Shown one piece after another: positions 1 through 8,885 of a DNA stretch of 32,000 nt. This stretch comes from Ktedonobacterales bacterium (GTDB lineage Bacteria; Chloroflexota; Ktedonobacteria; Ktedonobacterales; JADMIN01). Position 1 is the first letter of the stretch. Every line of letters begins with the position of its first letter. Made by a program: the position numbers and the translations under genes. The stretch is taken from the NCBI GenBank assembly GCA_030167145.1, contig CP126532.1, forward strand, positions 4,410,001 through 4,442,000, written 5' to 3'. The notes beneath the pieces were generated by a model. That model did not search any database, was not told the DNA's origin, and was given only the letters and a program-made list of their open reading frames with translations.

Positions 1-212
1 AGCAGCGCGAAGATGTAGAACGCCAGCGGATACTGAATCCACGCGGAGCCAATCGGCGTCTCACCGGACTCGTAGATCGCGTACTTGGATTTGGCGGGCC
101 GCTTCTTGAGCAGCAGGGCGTTGAGGACATTGGCGAATGTCAGCGACGCCACGACGAAGCCCGCGCCACCCAAGAAGAAAATGGCGGCGTTGAGATATCC
201 AACAGCGGCCAC
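1..212 (-). CDS. nuoA: NADH-quinone oxidoreductase subunit A, N-terminal part (gene runs off the left edge)
   Basis: Absent from the ORF track because it has no stop in the window. Reverse-strand translation from GTG at 212 gives VAAVGYLNAAIFFLGGAGFVVASLTFANVLNALLLKKRPAKSKYAIYESGETPIGSAWIQYPLAFYIFALL. This is one TM helix followed by the K..YE(S/C)G..P.G.A....F...FY signature of NuoA/ND3. GGAGG (218-222, minus) lies 5 nt upstream of the GTG. Confidence 0.8.
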   Translation of the reverse strand, partial: MAAVGYLNAAIFFLGGAGFVVASLTFANVLNALLLKKRPAKSKYAIYESGETPIGSAWIQYPLAFYIFAL

Positions 213-425
213 GCGCACCTCCAGATGTGTAGATGTCTGCCGCGACGAGTGCGTTCCCCTACGCGGTGGGCGCGCTGCCGAGCGGTAGCCAAATGGGCGG
301 CGCCAGCGCGGCGCGAGGCGGCATCAATGCGTATAATATGGGGTATGCTGCCACTCATCCGGCGCAACGTATGAGACGATGTGACGGGAAGACGCAGCGG
401 CGCGGCGGAAACCGCGCCATCGCTG

Positions 426-454
426 ATTATACCATAGCTGTTTCGGCCAGACAA
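426..454 (-). promoter_or_regulatory. Putative sigma70-type promoter for nuoA: TTGTCT, 17-nt spacer, TGgTATAAT (extended -10)
   Basis: The minus strand reads TTGTCT (454-449), a 17-nt spacer, then TATAAT (431-426) preceded by TG (434-433). This would give a leader of about 200 nt to the nuoA GTG at 212. Confidence 0.5.
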
Positions 455-559
455 CGCGCTTGCCGCTTGTTCAGCCGGTCTGGGACATTCGTACTCTCCA
501 CCGTTCCCATTGTGCCAACGGTCAACAGAGACGAGAACGCTGCCAGGATTGAGGGTAAG

Positions 560-1183
560 ATGACGCTACTGGAAACCGAAACCATAGATGGGCTGAATGT
601 CCTGTTGGAAGATCAGCGCGCCAGTGTCGAGATTCTGCTGGCGCTGGCGAACGGCGCAACCGAGCGCGCCGAACGTGAAGTCTTTCAGGCGATGGGCGGC
701 GAAGCGGTTCTGGGCTGCTGTGTGCTGCGCGAGTATCTGGACGGTGCGGAAGGCGCATCGGTAAGCTGGCGCGTCAACGGTATCGTCTTCCCCATAGTCG
801 GCCAAGAAACCTACGATGAGCGCCTGCGCGCGTATGCCACCTTTCTGAAGGATATATGTGATCGCGTCGAGGGATTCGTGCCCGACATTCCAGATGTCGC
901 GGTGCGGCAGATATTGCGCGACATCTACACCGCGAATCTGCTGGCGGCGCGCTGGTGCTCGCAACGCGCGGAGGTCTTTGCCGAGAGCCGCACGATGGAG
1001 TTTAGCAAAACCAGATCGCTGATTACCGGCGTCACCCCGATTACTGAGGAAATGGAACTGGAACGCGCCGCACTGACACAGGAGCCAGAGACTGCGCCGT
1101 TCGCGCGCCCCCATCGCCCCGACCGCGCCGCCGAAGAGGCCGAATATCTTGGCGAGCAGGGCGAGATGCCCGATACGTTTTAG
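560..1183 (+). CDS. Hypothetical protein (207 aa); the N-terminal helical half loosely resembles ferritin-like DUF6306 proteins
   Basis: Track ORF 233..1183. I prefer ATG 560 (MTLLETETIDGLNVLLEDQRASVEILL...) because GAGGG (551-555) precedes it and the upstream 109 codons are Arg/Ala-rich low-quality sequence in a promoter-like region. In-frame GTG 512 is an alternative start. The family assignment is weak, by eye only. Confidence 0.55.
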   Translation: MTLLETETIDGLNVLLEDQRASVEILLALANGATERAEREVFQAMGGEAVLGCCVLREYLDGAEGASVSWRVNGIVFPIVGQETYDERLRAYATFLKDICDRVEGFVPDIPDVAVRQILRDIYTANLLAARWCSQRAEVFAESRTMEFSKTRSLITGVTPITEEMELERAALTQEPETAPFARPHRPDRAAEEAEYLGEQGEMPDTF

Positions 1184-1269
1184 TGCGTCTCTCAAAGCCT
1201 TACCGTGTGGTAGATTGATGGCATGAGTTAGCCATTGGGATGTGCCGTTCTCTCGAAAGATGGGTATAG

Positions 1270-1635
1270 GTGATGGCGAACGTTCGCGTCGGCTCAATTG
1301 TTCTGCGCGTAGACAACCTGCAGCGCCAGACGGAATTCTGGGCGGCGGCTCTCGACTACGTCCCCCGCGAAGAGCAGAGCGACGACTTTATGCTGCTGCG
1401 CCCCCGCAATGGTGTCGGACCCAACCTTTCTCTCGACCAGGTCCACTCGAAGGTCCAGGTGCCGCCACGCATTCACCTTGACCTGTATACAGACGATCAG
1501 GTTGGGGAGGTCAAGCGCCTGATCGCACTGGGCGCCACCGAGGTACATTGGAGCAAGCGACCACCAGATGCCGACTACGTGATCCTCGCCGATCCTGAGG
1601 GCAACCGCTTCTGCGTCGTGGACACAACTCGATAG
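1270..1635 (+). CDS. VOC (glyoxalase/bleomycin-resistance/dioxygenase) family protein
   Basis: 121 aa. The ends read MANVRVGSIVLRVDNLQRQTEFW ... HLDLYTDD ... ILADPEGNRFCV. This is the typical paired beta-alpha-beta-beta-beta VOC fold pattern, with H/E metal-ligand positions. Confidence 0.8.
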   Translation: MMANVRVGSIVLRVDNLQRQTEFWAAALDYVPREEQSDDFMLLRPRNGVGPNLSLDQVHSKVQVPPRIHLDLYTDDQVGEVKRLIALGATEVHWSKRPPDADYVILADPEGNRFCVVDTTR

Positions 1636-1856
1636 CCGTTTGGCGCCTTGCGCTCATTCCAGCAGCGCCGCGAAGGGGCCGCAGCTATCGGTTTCGCCAG
1701 GCGCGGTCAGGAAAGTCAAGAGATAGCCACCTGGCCTGAATGGCTTTGCTGTGCTATATCTCTCCTATATATCCCTGGCATTGGCGACCAAGCAAACGCC
1801 CGATTACGGATGCGAGCGAATGGCAACCCTGGCAGAGCCGGATGGGAGGGAAGCGC

Positions 1857-4382
1857 ATGGCGATACAATCGGCACACCACCCGGCGGAGAACACGCCTCC
1901 CATCCCGTTGCGGCTCTTCAATACGCTCACGCGGCAGCGCCAGACCTTTGAACCCCTAGAGCCAGGCCGTGCGCGCATGTACAGTTGCGGGCCGACCGTA
2001 TACCGCTACATCCATATTGGCAACCTGCGCACCTTTGCTATGGCGGATTGGCTGCGTCGCACGCTGATCTACCAGGGCATCACGGTGACGCATATCAAGA
2101 ACATTACCGATGTGGGGCATATGCGCCAGGAGGTGCTGGATCGCGGCGAGGACAAGATGATTGCTCAGGCGCTGCGCGAGGGCAAGACTCCCTGGGAGAT
2201 TGCGGAGTTCTATACCACAGCCTTCCATCAGGATGAGGCCGCGCTGAATATCCTGCCCGCACAGGTCTTCCCCCGCGCGACCGATCATATCCCTGAGATG
2301 ATCGCGCTGGCCCAACGCCTCCTCGAACGCGGCTATGCCTACGAGGCGGAGGGCAATGTCTTCTTCTCTGTGCAGGCGTTTCCCGGCTATGGGCAGTTGA
2401 GCGGCAACCGGCTGGAGCATATCGGCCAGGGCCTGCGCACCGAGACCGAACTGAGCGGACTAAAGCGCGCCCCTGAAGACTTCCCGCTGTGGAAGCTGGC
2501 CGAACCGGGCCGCATGATGGCATGGGATAGCCCGTGGGGACGCGGCTTCCCTGGCTGGCACATCGAATGTAGCGCGATGAGCGCGAAGTATCTGGGCGAG
2601 CAATTCGACATCCACACCGGCGGCATTGACAACTTGTTTCCCCATCACGAGGACGAGCGCGCGCAGAGCGAGGCAGCCAGCGGCAAGCAATTCGTGCGCT
2701 ACTGGGTACACGCACAGCATCTCCTCGCCGACGGCCTGAAAATGGCAAAATCCACCGGCAACGCCTACACCCTGGCGGATATTCAGGCGCGCGGCTTCGC
2801 GCCACTAGCGTTGCGCTTCTTCTTCACCACGGCGCACTATCGCAGCCGCATCAATTTCACATTTCGCGGATTGCGCGCGGCACAGACGGGACTCGAACGC
2901 CTATATGAGTGTGCGTACCGGCTCAGCGCCGAAGCGCATGGCGCTTCCGATGCAGCCGGTGAGTTACGCCATCATCTCTACGCGCGGGCATTTCTGACCG
3001 CAGTGAATGACGACCTGAACCTGCCACGCGCTATGGCGGTGGTCTGGGCAATGGTGCGCGACCAGAACACGCCACCCGAAACGCGGCTCGCGCTGCTCTA
3101 CCTCTTTGACAAGGTGCTCGGCTTCGGGCTGGCGGACGCCGTGCGGCAGCGCGACGCGGACCGGCGCGTGTGGGCTGCTGGCGTAGACTCAACAGGCGCA
3201 ACGCTCGAAGCCAATGAGGATATACCCACAGCGGTGCTCACTGTGGCGCGAGAACGGGCCTCGGCGCGAGCACGCCGCGATTTCGCGGCGGCAGACACGC
3301 TACGCGGCCAACTGGCGGAATTGGGATACTCCGTGGGGGATGGTGCGACTGTAACACGCCTTATGCCCATACGCGAGCGTGAAGAGCTGATGAGCAGTTC
3401 CACTGATGTCCCTTCCCAGCTAGAGGCGCCCGCACGCTTTGCCTTTTCGGTTCATCTGCTCGCGCACAACAACCGCGACGACCTGGAACGCTGTGTCGAG
3501 AGCGTCTGCCGCGCCGCTGGCGATCAGCGTATCGAACTGGTCATCGTTGATAATGGCTCGACCGACGAGACGTTGCCCTATCTGCGCCACCTGCAACGCC
3601 AGGGCGAGCGTCACGGCGTACCCCTGCGGGTGTTTTTCGCGGACCACGACATGGGCTTTGCGGCGGCGCGCAACGCGAGCGTGCGAGCAAGCCTGGGCGA
3701 GATCGTGGTGCTGTTGGATACCAGCATCGGGGTGACCGGCGACATCTGGACGCCGATCTCCACAGCGCTGGCAAATTCCACCATTGGGCTGGTGGGTCCG
3801 TTCGGATTGGTGACGACCGATCTCAAAGAGTATGCGGAGAGCAATGGGCCAGATGTGGACGCAATGGAGGGCTATCTGATGGCGTTCCGCCGCGACGCTC
3901 TTCTGGAAGTGGGGCCGATGTACGAAAAGTTTCGCTTCTATCGCCTGGCGGATGTGGATTATAGCCTCGAATTCAAGCGCGCGGGCTTTCGAGTTGTGGC
4001 GCTGCCAGAGCTGGCTGAGCGGATCGTTCAGCATCCACACCGCGAGTGGCACAGCCTGACGCCCGACGAACAGGCGACGAAGAGTAAGAAGAACTTCGAC
4101 ATCTATTGGAAACGGCGGCATCATGCGGAGAGCCTGCTTGTCGCGAACTACACCGCAGGTCAGGCCGCGCCGTGGGGCCACGACCACGAGATCACGCCAC
4201 CGGACGAAGCGGACCCACGATTTGAGCATGGCCCGACTCATGGTGACGAGTCGCTGCACGCGCATGAGCACAAGCACTGGCCGGACCACGCTCATACGCA
4301 CGCACATGTCCACACATCCGCGCTGCGCTGGCACGGCAACGAGCAGCGCGCGACCTATGCGGGAGGGCAGCGTGACCACTGA
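1857..4382 (+). CDS. cysS: Cysteine--tRNA ligase fused in frame to a C-terminal family-2 glycosyltransferase domain and a His-rich tail (841 aa)
   Basis: Start chosen at ATG 1857, with GGGAGGG at 1844-1850. The CysRS core spans about 1857-3390: [24 protein letters not shown] (HIGH-type), NITDVGH...[19 protein letters not shown] (KMSKS-type), and the C-terminal [13 protein letters not shown] helix. The GT2 region spans about 3436-4060: [21 protein letters not shown]....[14 protein letters not shown] ... VLLDTS. The His-rich tail spans about 4179-4340: [33 protein letters not shown]. It is one uninterrupted frame. Confidence 0.9.
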   Translation: MAIQSAHHPAENTPPIPLRLFNTLTRQRQTFEPLEPGRARMYSCGPTVYRYIHIGNLRTFAMADWLRRTLIYQGITVTHIKNITDVGHMRQEVLDRGEDKMIAQALREGKTPWEIAEFYTTAFHQDEAALNILPAQVFPRATDHIPEMIALAQRLLERGYAYEAEGNVFFSVQAFPGYGQLSGNRLEHIGQGLRTETELSGLKRAPEDFPLWKLAEPGRMMAWDSPWGRGFPGWHIECSAMSAKYLGEQFDIHTGGIDNLFPHHEDERAQSEAASGKQFVRYWVHAQHLLADGLKMAKSTGNAYTLADIQARGFAPLALRFFFTTAHYRSRINFTFRGLRAAQTGLERLYECAYRLSAEAHGASDAAGELRHHLYARAFLTAVNDDLNLPRAMAVVWAMVRDQNTPPETRLALLYLFDKVLGFGLADAVRQRDADRRVWAAGVDSTGATLEANEDIPTAVLTVARERASARARRDFAAADTLRGQLAELGYSVGDGATVTRLMPIREREELMSSSTDVPSQLEAPARFAFSVHLLAHNNRDDLERCVESVCRAAGDQRIELVIVDNGSTDETLPYLRHLQRQGERHGVPLRVFFADHDMGFAAARNASVRASLGEIVVLLDTSIGVTGDIWTPISTALANSTIGLVGPFGLVTTDLKEYAESNGPDVDAMEGYLMAFRRDALLEVGPMYEKFRFYRLADVDYSLEFKRAGFRVVALPELAERIVQHPHREWHSLTPDEQATKSKKNFDIYWKRRHHAESLLVANYTAGQAAPWGHDHEITPPDEADPRFEHGPTHGDESLHAHEHKHWPDHAHTHAHVHTSALRWHGNEQRATYAGGQRDH

Positions 4383-5139
4383 AACAGGCATACCGGGCGC
4401 ACTGGCGCTGGTGGGGTCGGGAGAGTATACGGATGCGATGCGGGATACGGATCGCCATCTGCTGGCGACACTCGGCGGGCCGAAAGCGGCGCGAGTGGCC
4501 TTGCTGCCAACGGCGAGCGGGCTAGAGGCTGATGGGCCACGCCACTGGAATGACCTGGGACAGCGTCACTTTGCCCAACTCGGCGTGCATGACATCCGTT
4601 CGTCGTGGATTCTCGACGCGAAAAGCGCGGCGGACCCAGAACAGGTGCGGCTGCTTGGTGATATAAACTTCGCCTACTTTTCGGGTGGCAGCCCGAATCA
4701 TCTGGTCGCCAGTATGCGCGGCTCGCCAGCCTGGGACGCGGTGACGCAAGCCTATCTGCGCGGCGGCGTGCTGGCTGGGTGCAGTGCGGGCGCGATGGCG
4801 CTGGGCGGCGCGACACTCTCCGTGCGGACGCTGCTCTCCGGTGGGCGCGCGGATTGGGTGGAGGCGCTGGGCATTGTGCCTCATCTCGTAGTGTTCCCAC
4901 ACTTCGACCGTTTCCTCGGCATGATGAGCAAGTCCGCGCTGCGCACCCATCTGCTCGCGCTGCCGCCCGGAATGATCGCCATCGGCATTGACGAAGATAC
5001 GGCGCTGGTACGGCTGACGCCGCCAGATGCCGCCACCGGCCGTGCCCACTGGCGCGTGATGGGCCGGCAAGGTGTCGCGCTGTTCCGGCGCGACGCGGAT
5101 ATGGAGCAACTTGCCACAGGCGACGAAGTAGAGTTGTAG
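4372..5139 (+). CDS. Peptidase S51 family protein (cyanophycinase / dipeptidase E-like, class I glutamine amidotransferase-like fold)
   Basis: LALVGSGEY...VALLPTAS...YFSGGSPNHL...GCSAGAM (nucleophile-elbow Ser)...PHFD. Start taken as GTG 4372, 4 nt after GGGAGGG (4361-4367); in-frame ATG 4357 is the alternative. Either start overlaps the 3' end of the cysS fusion (stop 4380-4382). The 5' part of track ORF 4123.. is a shadow of the cysS tail. Confidence 0.8.
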   Translation: MTTETGIPGALALVGSGEYTDAMRDTDRHLLATLGGPKAARVALLPTASGLEADGPRHWNDLGQRHFAQLGVHDIRSSWILDAKSAADPEQVRLLGDINFAYFSGGSPNHLVASMRGSPAWDAVTQAYLRGGVLAGCSAGAMALGGATLSVRTLLSGGRADWVEALGIVPHLVVFPHFDRFLGMMSKSALRTHLLALPPGMIAIGIDEDTALVRLTPPDAATGRAHWRVMGRQGVALFRRDADMEQLATGDEVEL

Positions 5140-5198
5140 CGCTGGCGTACTCAAGCGACTGATGTTCAAACACGACCTAGCGAGAGAGAAGTAGTACG

Positions 5199-6113
5199 AT
5201 GCGACTGGTCACATTTCGCGATGAGGCAGGCACGCGGCTTGGTGTGCTGCGAGAGCATACCGTGCTCGATCTTTCCAGGGCATGCCGGGTAGCAGGGCAG
5301 ATGCCGCAGGGGGATCTGTACAATATGCTCGCGCTGATTGACGCGGGCACGCCAGGTCTCGACAACGTCCGCCGCATCGTGGAAAGCGCCACGTCCGCAT
5401 CAGAACTGCCGCTGGACGCGGTGGAACTGCTCGCGCCGATTCCACGCCCGCGCAAGAATATCTTCTGCCTGGGCCGTAACTACGCCGAGCACGCGGCGGA
5501 ACTGTATCGCGCACTTGGCCAGGAGATGAAGCTGCCCGAATATCCCAACGTCTTCACCAAGGCCGTCACCAGCATCACCGGTCCCACCGCCGACATCCCA
5601 TACGACGCCAGCGTAACTCAGCAGTTGGATTGGGAAGTGGAGCTAGCCGCAGTCATCGGCACGGCGGGGCGGCATATCGCCAAAGAGGATGCGCTGGGGC
5701 ATGTCTTCGGCTATACCGTGCTCAACGACGTAACGGCGCGCGATCTTCAGCATCAGGCAGGGGTGCAGTGGTTCCAGGGCAAGAGCCTCGACGCTTGCTC
5801 GCCGGTGGGGCCATGCATCGTGACATCGGATGAGCTTCCCGATCCCCAGCGGCTGCGGTTGCGGCTCTACGTAAATGGCGATCTCAAACAAGACGACACG
5901 ACCGACCACATGCTCTTCGACGTGGCGACGATCATCGCCACCCTCTCGCGTGTGCTGACGCTGGAGCCGGGCGACATCATCGCCACCGGCACACCAAGCG
6001 GCGTTGGCTTCGGGCGCACTCCGCAACAATTCCTGCACCCTGGCGACCTGATGCGCTCCGAAATCGAAGGCATCGGCGCGCTGAGCAATCGCATCGTAGA
6101 AGTGCGGCGGTAG
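5199..6113 (+). CDS. Fumarylacetoacetate hydrolase (FAH) family protein
   Basis: 304 aa. Motifs: IFCLGRNYAEHAAE, DWEVELAAVIG, GYTVLNDVTARD, KSLD, GDIIATGTPSGVG. These are the characteristic FAH/HpcE-type motifs. Confidence 0.9.
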   Translation: MRLVTFRDEAGTRLGVLREHTVLDLSRACRVAGQMPQGDLYNMLALIDAGTPGLDNVRRIVESATSASELPLDAVELLAPIPRPRKNIFCLGRNYAEHAAELYRALGQEMKLPEYPNVFTKAVTSITGPTADIPYDASVTQQLDWEVELAAVIGTAGRHIAKEDALGHVFGYTVLNDVTARDLQHQAGVQWFQGKSLDACSPVGPCIVTSDELPDPQRLRLRLYVNGDLKQDDTTDHMLFDVATIIATLSRVLTLEPGDIIATGTPSGVGFGRTPQQFLHPGDLMRSEIEGIGALSNRIVEVRR

Positions 6114-6316
6114 GCTATCTCATATTTGTTTCAATCCTACAATCCAGTGCTAATAGCGCTCGCCCACGACTGGTCTATGATGTAGCGTTGGGCGACCCCC
6201 GTTGTCATCTCCTCGCCGTGGCCAGCAAAGAGTGCCTCGATTGTCAATGCCATCGTACTACCGGATAATAGTGTCGTTTTGCTAGATCAGACCCGTGTAA
6301 AAAGCGATTTGGGTGC

Positions 6317-6344
6317 TTGACAACTGAGCCATTTTTCCTATACT
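6317..6344 (+). promoter_or_regulatory. Near-consensus sigma70-type promoter: TTGACA, 16-nt spacer, TATACT
   Basis: TTGACA at 6317-6322 and TATACT at 6339-6344, in an AT-richer intergenic stretch about 70 nt upstream of the 6414 ORF. Confidence 0.55.
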
Positions 6345-6413
6345 GATTCTTGACTATGCATCTTTGGACGACTGGGGTTCATAGTCTTCGGTCTTATTGA
6401 AAGTGGGTGGTCC

Positions 6414-7166
6414 GTGGACAAGTTTTTGCAGTTTTTGGGCAACATCGGCGACACATTTCGCGGTTTGCTCGAACTCTGGGGTGGGCTGGCCTTCTTGGGG
6501 CACGCGGTGCTGTTCGGATGGCGGCGGTTGCGGGGTAAGGCGCCACTCGCCGCGGCAGCGGCTGTTACTGCCGCAACTGCCGCAACTGCCGCAACTGCTA
6601 CAGCCACCGCTGCTACCGCCTCGCCAGAGTATCGGCCTCCTGCTATACCGCAGCCTCCCGCTGCACTGCCAGCCCCTGCCCCTCCACCGATGGCAAAGCC
6701 TATGTCGCATAGGGAGACTCCGGTTACATCCTATCCGCCGGTTACGCCCTACCCTCAGGCCGCTCGCCCTGCTGTTCCTACCAGGGGCATCAAGCGCATA
6801 AAACGTCCCTGGCTGTCCCTCGTCGCGGGGGTAAGCTCTATACTATATCTAGGAGGATTTCTACTAGCCCTTGCATCCACCCCTACTAGTCCCGACCCTA
6901 CCACCGGTACATATGTCTATGGCCCCGCGTTCGGAATCGGCATTATCACAATGGTCCTTGGGTTTCTCCTTGCGCTGACGGCTGTCATCTGGGGGATAGT
7001 GAGCGCACTCAGAGCACGCCAATGGGGCTGGGCCGTAGGTATACTACTTGGCGCCATTGGCACATCTTTCCTGTTTCTCCCTGGCCTACTCCCGCTCCTG
7101 TATGCCATACTGGCGCCAACCGGCGTGCGGACTCCTAATCCAGTGCCGGTGATGGCTGGGCGATAA
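6414..7166 (+). CDS. Hypothetical membrane protein with an Ala/Thr repeat, a Pro-rich linker and C-terminal TM helices
   Basis: 250-aa ORF starting at GTG. The C-terminal half has clear hydrophobic helices (WLSLVAGVSSILYLGGFLLALA; FGIGIITMVLGFLLALTAVIWGIV; WAVGILLGAIGTSFLFLPGLLPLLYAIL). The N-terminal extent is uncertain; internal ATGs at MAKPMSH are possible starts. Codon choice (cta, ata, tct) is atypical for this window. Confidence 0.6.
   Translation: MDKFLQFLGNIGDTFRGLLELWGGLAFLGHAVLFGWRRLRGKAPLAAAAAVTAATAATAATATATAATASPEYRPPAIPQPPAALPAPAPPPMAKPMSHRETPVTSYPPVTPYPQAARPAVPTRGIKRIKRPWLSLVAGVSSILYLGGFLLALASTPTSPDPTTGTYVYGPAFGIGIITMVLGFLLALTAVIWGIVSALRARQWGWAVGILLGAIGTSFLFLPGLLPLLYAILAPTGVRTPNPVPVMAGR
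6567..6598 (+). repeat. Perfect 9-bp tandem repeat (ACTGCCGCA) x3.5, in frame, encoding (TAA)n
   Basis: Read directly: actgccgca actgccgca actgccgca actgc. It lies inside the 6414 ORF, in the protein segment AVTAATAATAATATA. Confidence 0.95.
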
Positions 7167-7192
7167 CCAATCTACTCCTGAATGACCGCTGA

Positions 7193-7214
7193 GGAGAGGC
7201 GCAATTGCCTCTCC
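7193..7214. terminator. Hairpin between convergent genes (possible bidirectional terminator)
   Basis: GGAGAGGC (7193-7200), loop gcaatt, GCCTCTCC (7207-7214): a perfect 8-bp stem 27 nt after the stop at 7166. There is no clear U-tract. Confidence 0.45.
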
Positions 7215-7328
7215 CCATCGCCCCGCAGTCCTGCCATCCAGATCCGTACAGTAACCGAAGCAGGTACACCTAGCGGCTCCAGCTTCGGACGTGTAGCGTA
7301 GCAGTTCCCAACAACGCTCGTGCTTTCA

Positions 7329-8885
7329 TCACCGTGAGCCAGCGTGGGGCTGACGACACCATTTGGTATGACACGTGAGCTGACTGCCGCCTGGCACAAA
7401 GGTGTACAGCGTGCCATCTGATCCACCCAGATACACCACACCGTTTGCGACAAATGGCGAAGACCATACCTGGTAGCCCGTCTTATAGCTCCACAATGGA
7501 GTGCAGGTTGCCGCGCCGCAGCCAGCCGCGGGAAGAGCGTACAGGTAACTGTCATTTGATCCGACGAAGACCACGCCATTCGCCACCGCTGGTGACGACT
7601 CGATCATATCACCGGTCACTGCCTTCCAAAGTGGCGCACACGTCGCCGCTCCACATCCAGAAGCATTGAAAGCGTAAAGGTTGTCATCTTCAGAGCCGAT
7701 GTAGAGGACGCCGCTAGCAACCGCGGGCGAGGACACAACGGCAGCGCCAGTCATATAACTCCATGCAGGAGAACACGTCGTGTTGCCGCAACCCGAGGCA
7801 TTGAACGCAGCCACCTCGCCATTTCGACCGCCCACAAATACCATTCCGTTGGCAACCACCGGCACCGATGCCACACCGCCGCCGACATCCGCACTCCACA
7901 GAACCGAGCCTGTCGAGGCATTCAGCGCATACAATCCTCCGGTATTGCTAGTGGTCACGGTGCCCACATAGAGTGTGCCCGCAGAAACCGCCGGACCACT
8001 CCACACGACCGGGCCAGGTAGCGTTGTCGTCCAGGTCAGTGTGCCAGATGTAGTGAAGGAGTAGACATTGCCGCCGCTGTCACCGAAGTATAGATACCCA
8101 TTCGCGAGCACTGGCGGATTGTGAATCAGGTAGTACGACTGGGGTAAATTGTAATACCATAGCAGACTCCCTGTGGTCGCGCTGGCCGCCTCGAATTGAC
8201 TGTACTGATTCCCGAAGTAGACCACGCCATTCGCAACGACAGGAGTATCCGTCGGGTTGACAGCTTCAAGCGGCCAGAGGAACTTGCCGGACGCCGCGTC
8301 AATCGCAGCAAAGTGCCCGTCCGAGTCCGAAAGCGCATATAAAACGCCATTCACCAGCACCGGAGCGGCATGGTTAAATGCGAACTGACCGGCAATCGTC
8401 CAGCCTGGTTTTAATGTGGAGACGTTGGAAGGGCTAATGACCGTCTCATAGGGGTTGTAGCGTCCGCCAGAGGAGGTGAAGCTGAACTCAGACCAGTTCT
8501 GATGCACCAGGATGGAAGCCTGCACCACCGCACCAGTTGTCTGGCCCACGGCCTTGATAATGTGGTTCCCAGGCACAGTATCACCCGACACCGTCATAGG
8601 GACCCTGAACCATCCTTCATTTTGCCCATAGATGCCCATAGGCCTCACCCGCGCTGGCCCTACTAACGTTGAGTCGAAGTAGACATTGACATATGCGTCC
8701 TGATTTGAATAGCCTGAGCCGTTGATCGTGATTGACGCCGTAGGGGCGATATAGCCCGTGACAGTGATCTGCGGACTGGCGGCCCGCGCGGCATGTGGAT
8801 AGGCCAGAAGAATCCCACCAGCGGCAACAAGCAGAATGAGTGCAATAAGACTGCGCGCAGATCGTCCGAGCGACCACCTCACCAT
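7329..8885 (-). CDS. Secreted PQQ-like (BamB/YVTN-type) beta-propeller repeat protein
   Basis: 518 aa. It has an N-terminal signal peptide (RSLIALILLVAAGGILLAYPHAARAA). An Ig-like N-domain is followed by many repeats of the ..P.VANGVVY.G..dg.lYA.. blade motif. Confidence 0.85.
   Translation of the reverse strand: MVRWSLGRSARSLIALILLVAAGGILLAYPHAARAASPQITVTGYIAPTASITINGSGYSNQDAYVNVYFDSTLVGPARVRPMGIYGQNEGWFRVPMTVSGDTVPGNHIIKAVGQTTGAVVQASILVHQNWSEFSFTSSGGRYNPYETVISPSNVSTLKPGWTIAGQFAFNHAAPVLVNGVLYALSDSDGHFAAIDAASGKFLWPLEAVNPTDTPVVANGVVYFGNQYSQFEAASATTGSLLWYYNLPQSYYLIHNPPVLANGYLYFGDSGGNVYSFTTSGTLTWTTTLPGPVVWSGPAVSAGTLYVGTVTTSNTGGLYALNASTGSVLWSADVGGGVASVPVVANGMVFVGGRNGEVAAFNASGCGNTTCSPAWSYMTGAAVVSSPAVASGVLYIGSEDDNLYAFNASGCGAATCAPLWKAVTGDMIESSPAVANGVVFVGSNDSYLYALPAAGCGAATCTPLWSYKTGYQVWSSPFVANGVVYLGGSDGTLYTFVPGGSQLTCHTKWCRQPHAGSR

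Noticed and set aside
1636-1856. Possible T-box or other leader RNA upstream of cysS, plus the track's earlier start at 1740
   Set aside because: I looked for the conserved T-box sequence (AGGGTGGNACCGCG-like) and a specifier/terminator arrangement and found none. The region only shows AT-rich -10-like boxes (TGCTATATC at 1752-1760, TATATA at 1766-1771). The first 39 codons of the track ORF precede the GGGAGGG SD and lack any CysRS similarity.
6567-6598. CRISPR-like array
   Set aside because: The 9-bp units are directly tandem with no spacers and lie in frame within a CDS. No other regularly spaced repeats of 24-40 bp were seen anywhere in the window.
6338-6801. Alternative frames across the Ala/Thr/Pro repeat (6397..6801 plus, 6338..6607 and 6354..6710 minus)
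   Set aside because: These frames are open only because of the low-complexity GC-rich repeat. Only the 6414 frame continues into convincing transmembrane helices.
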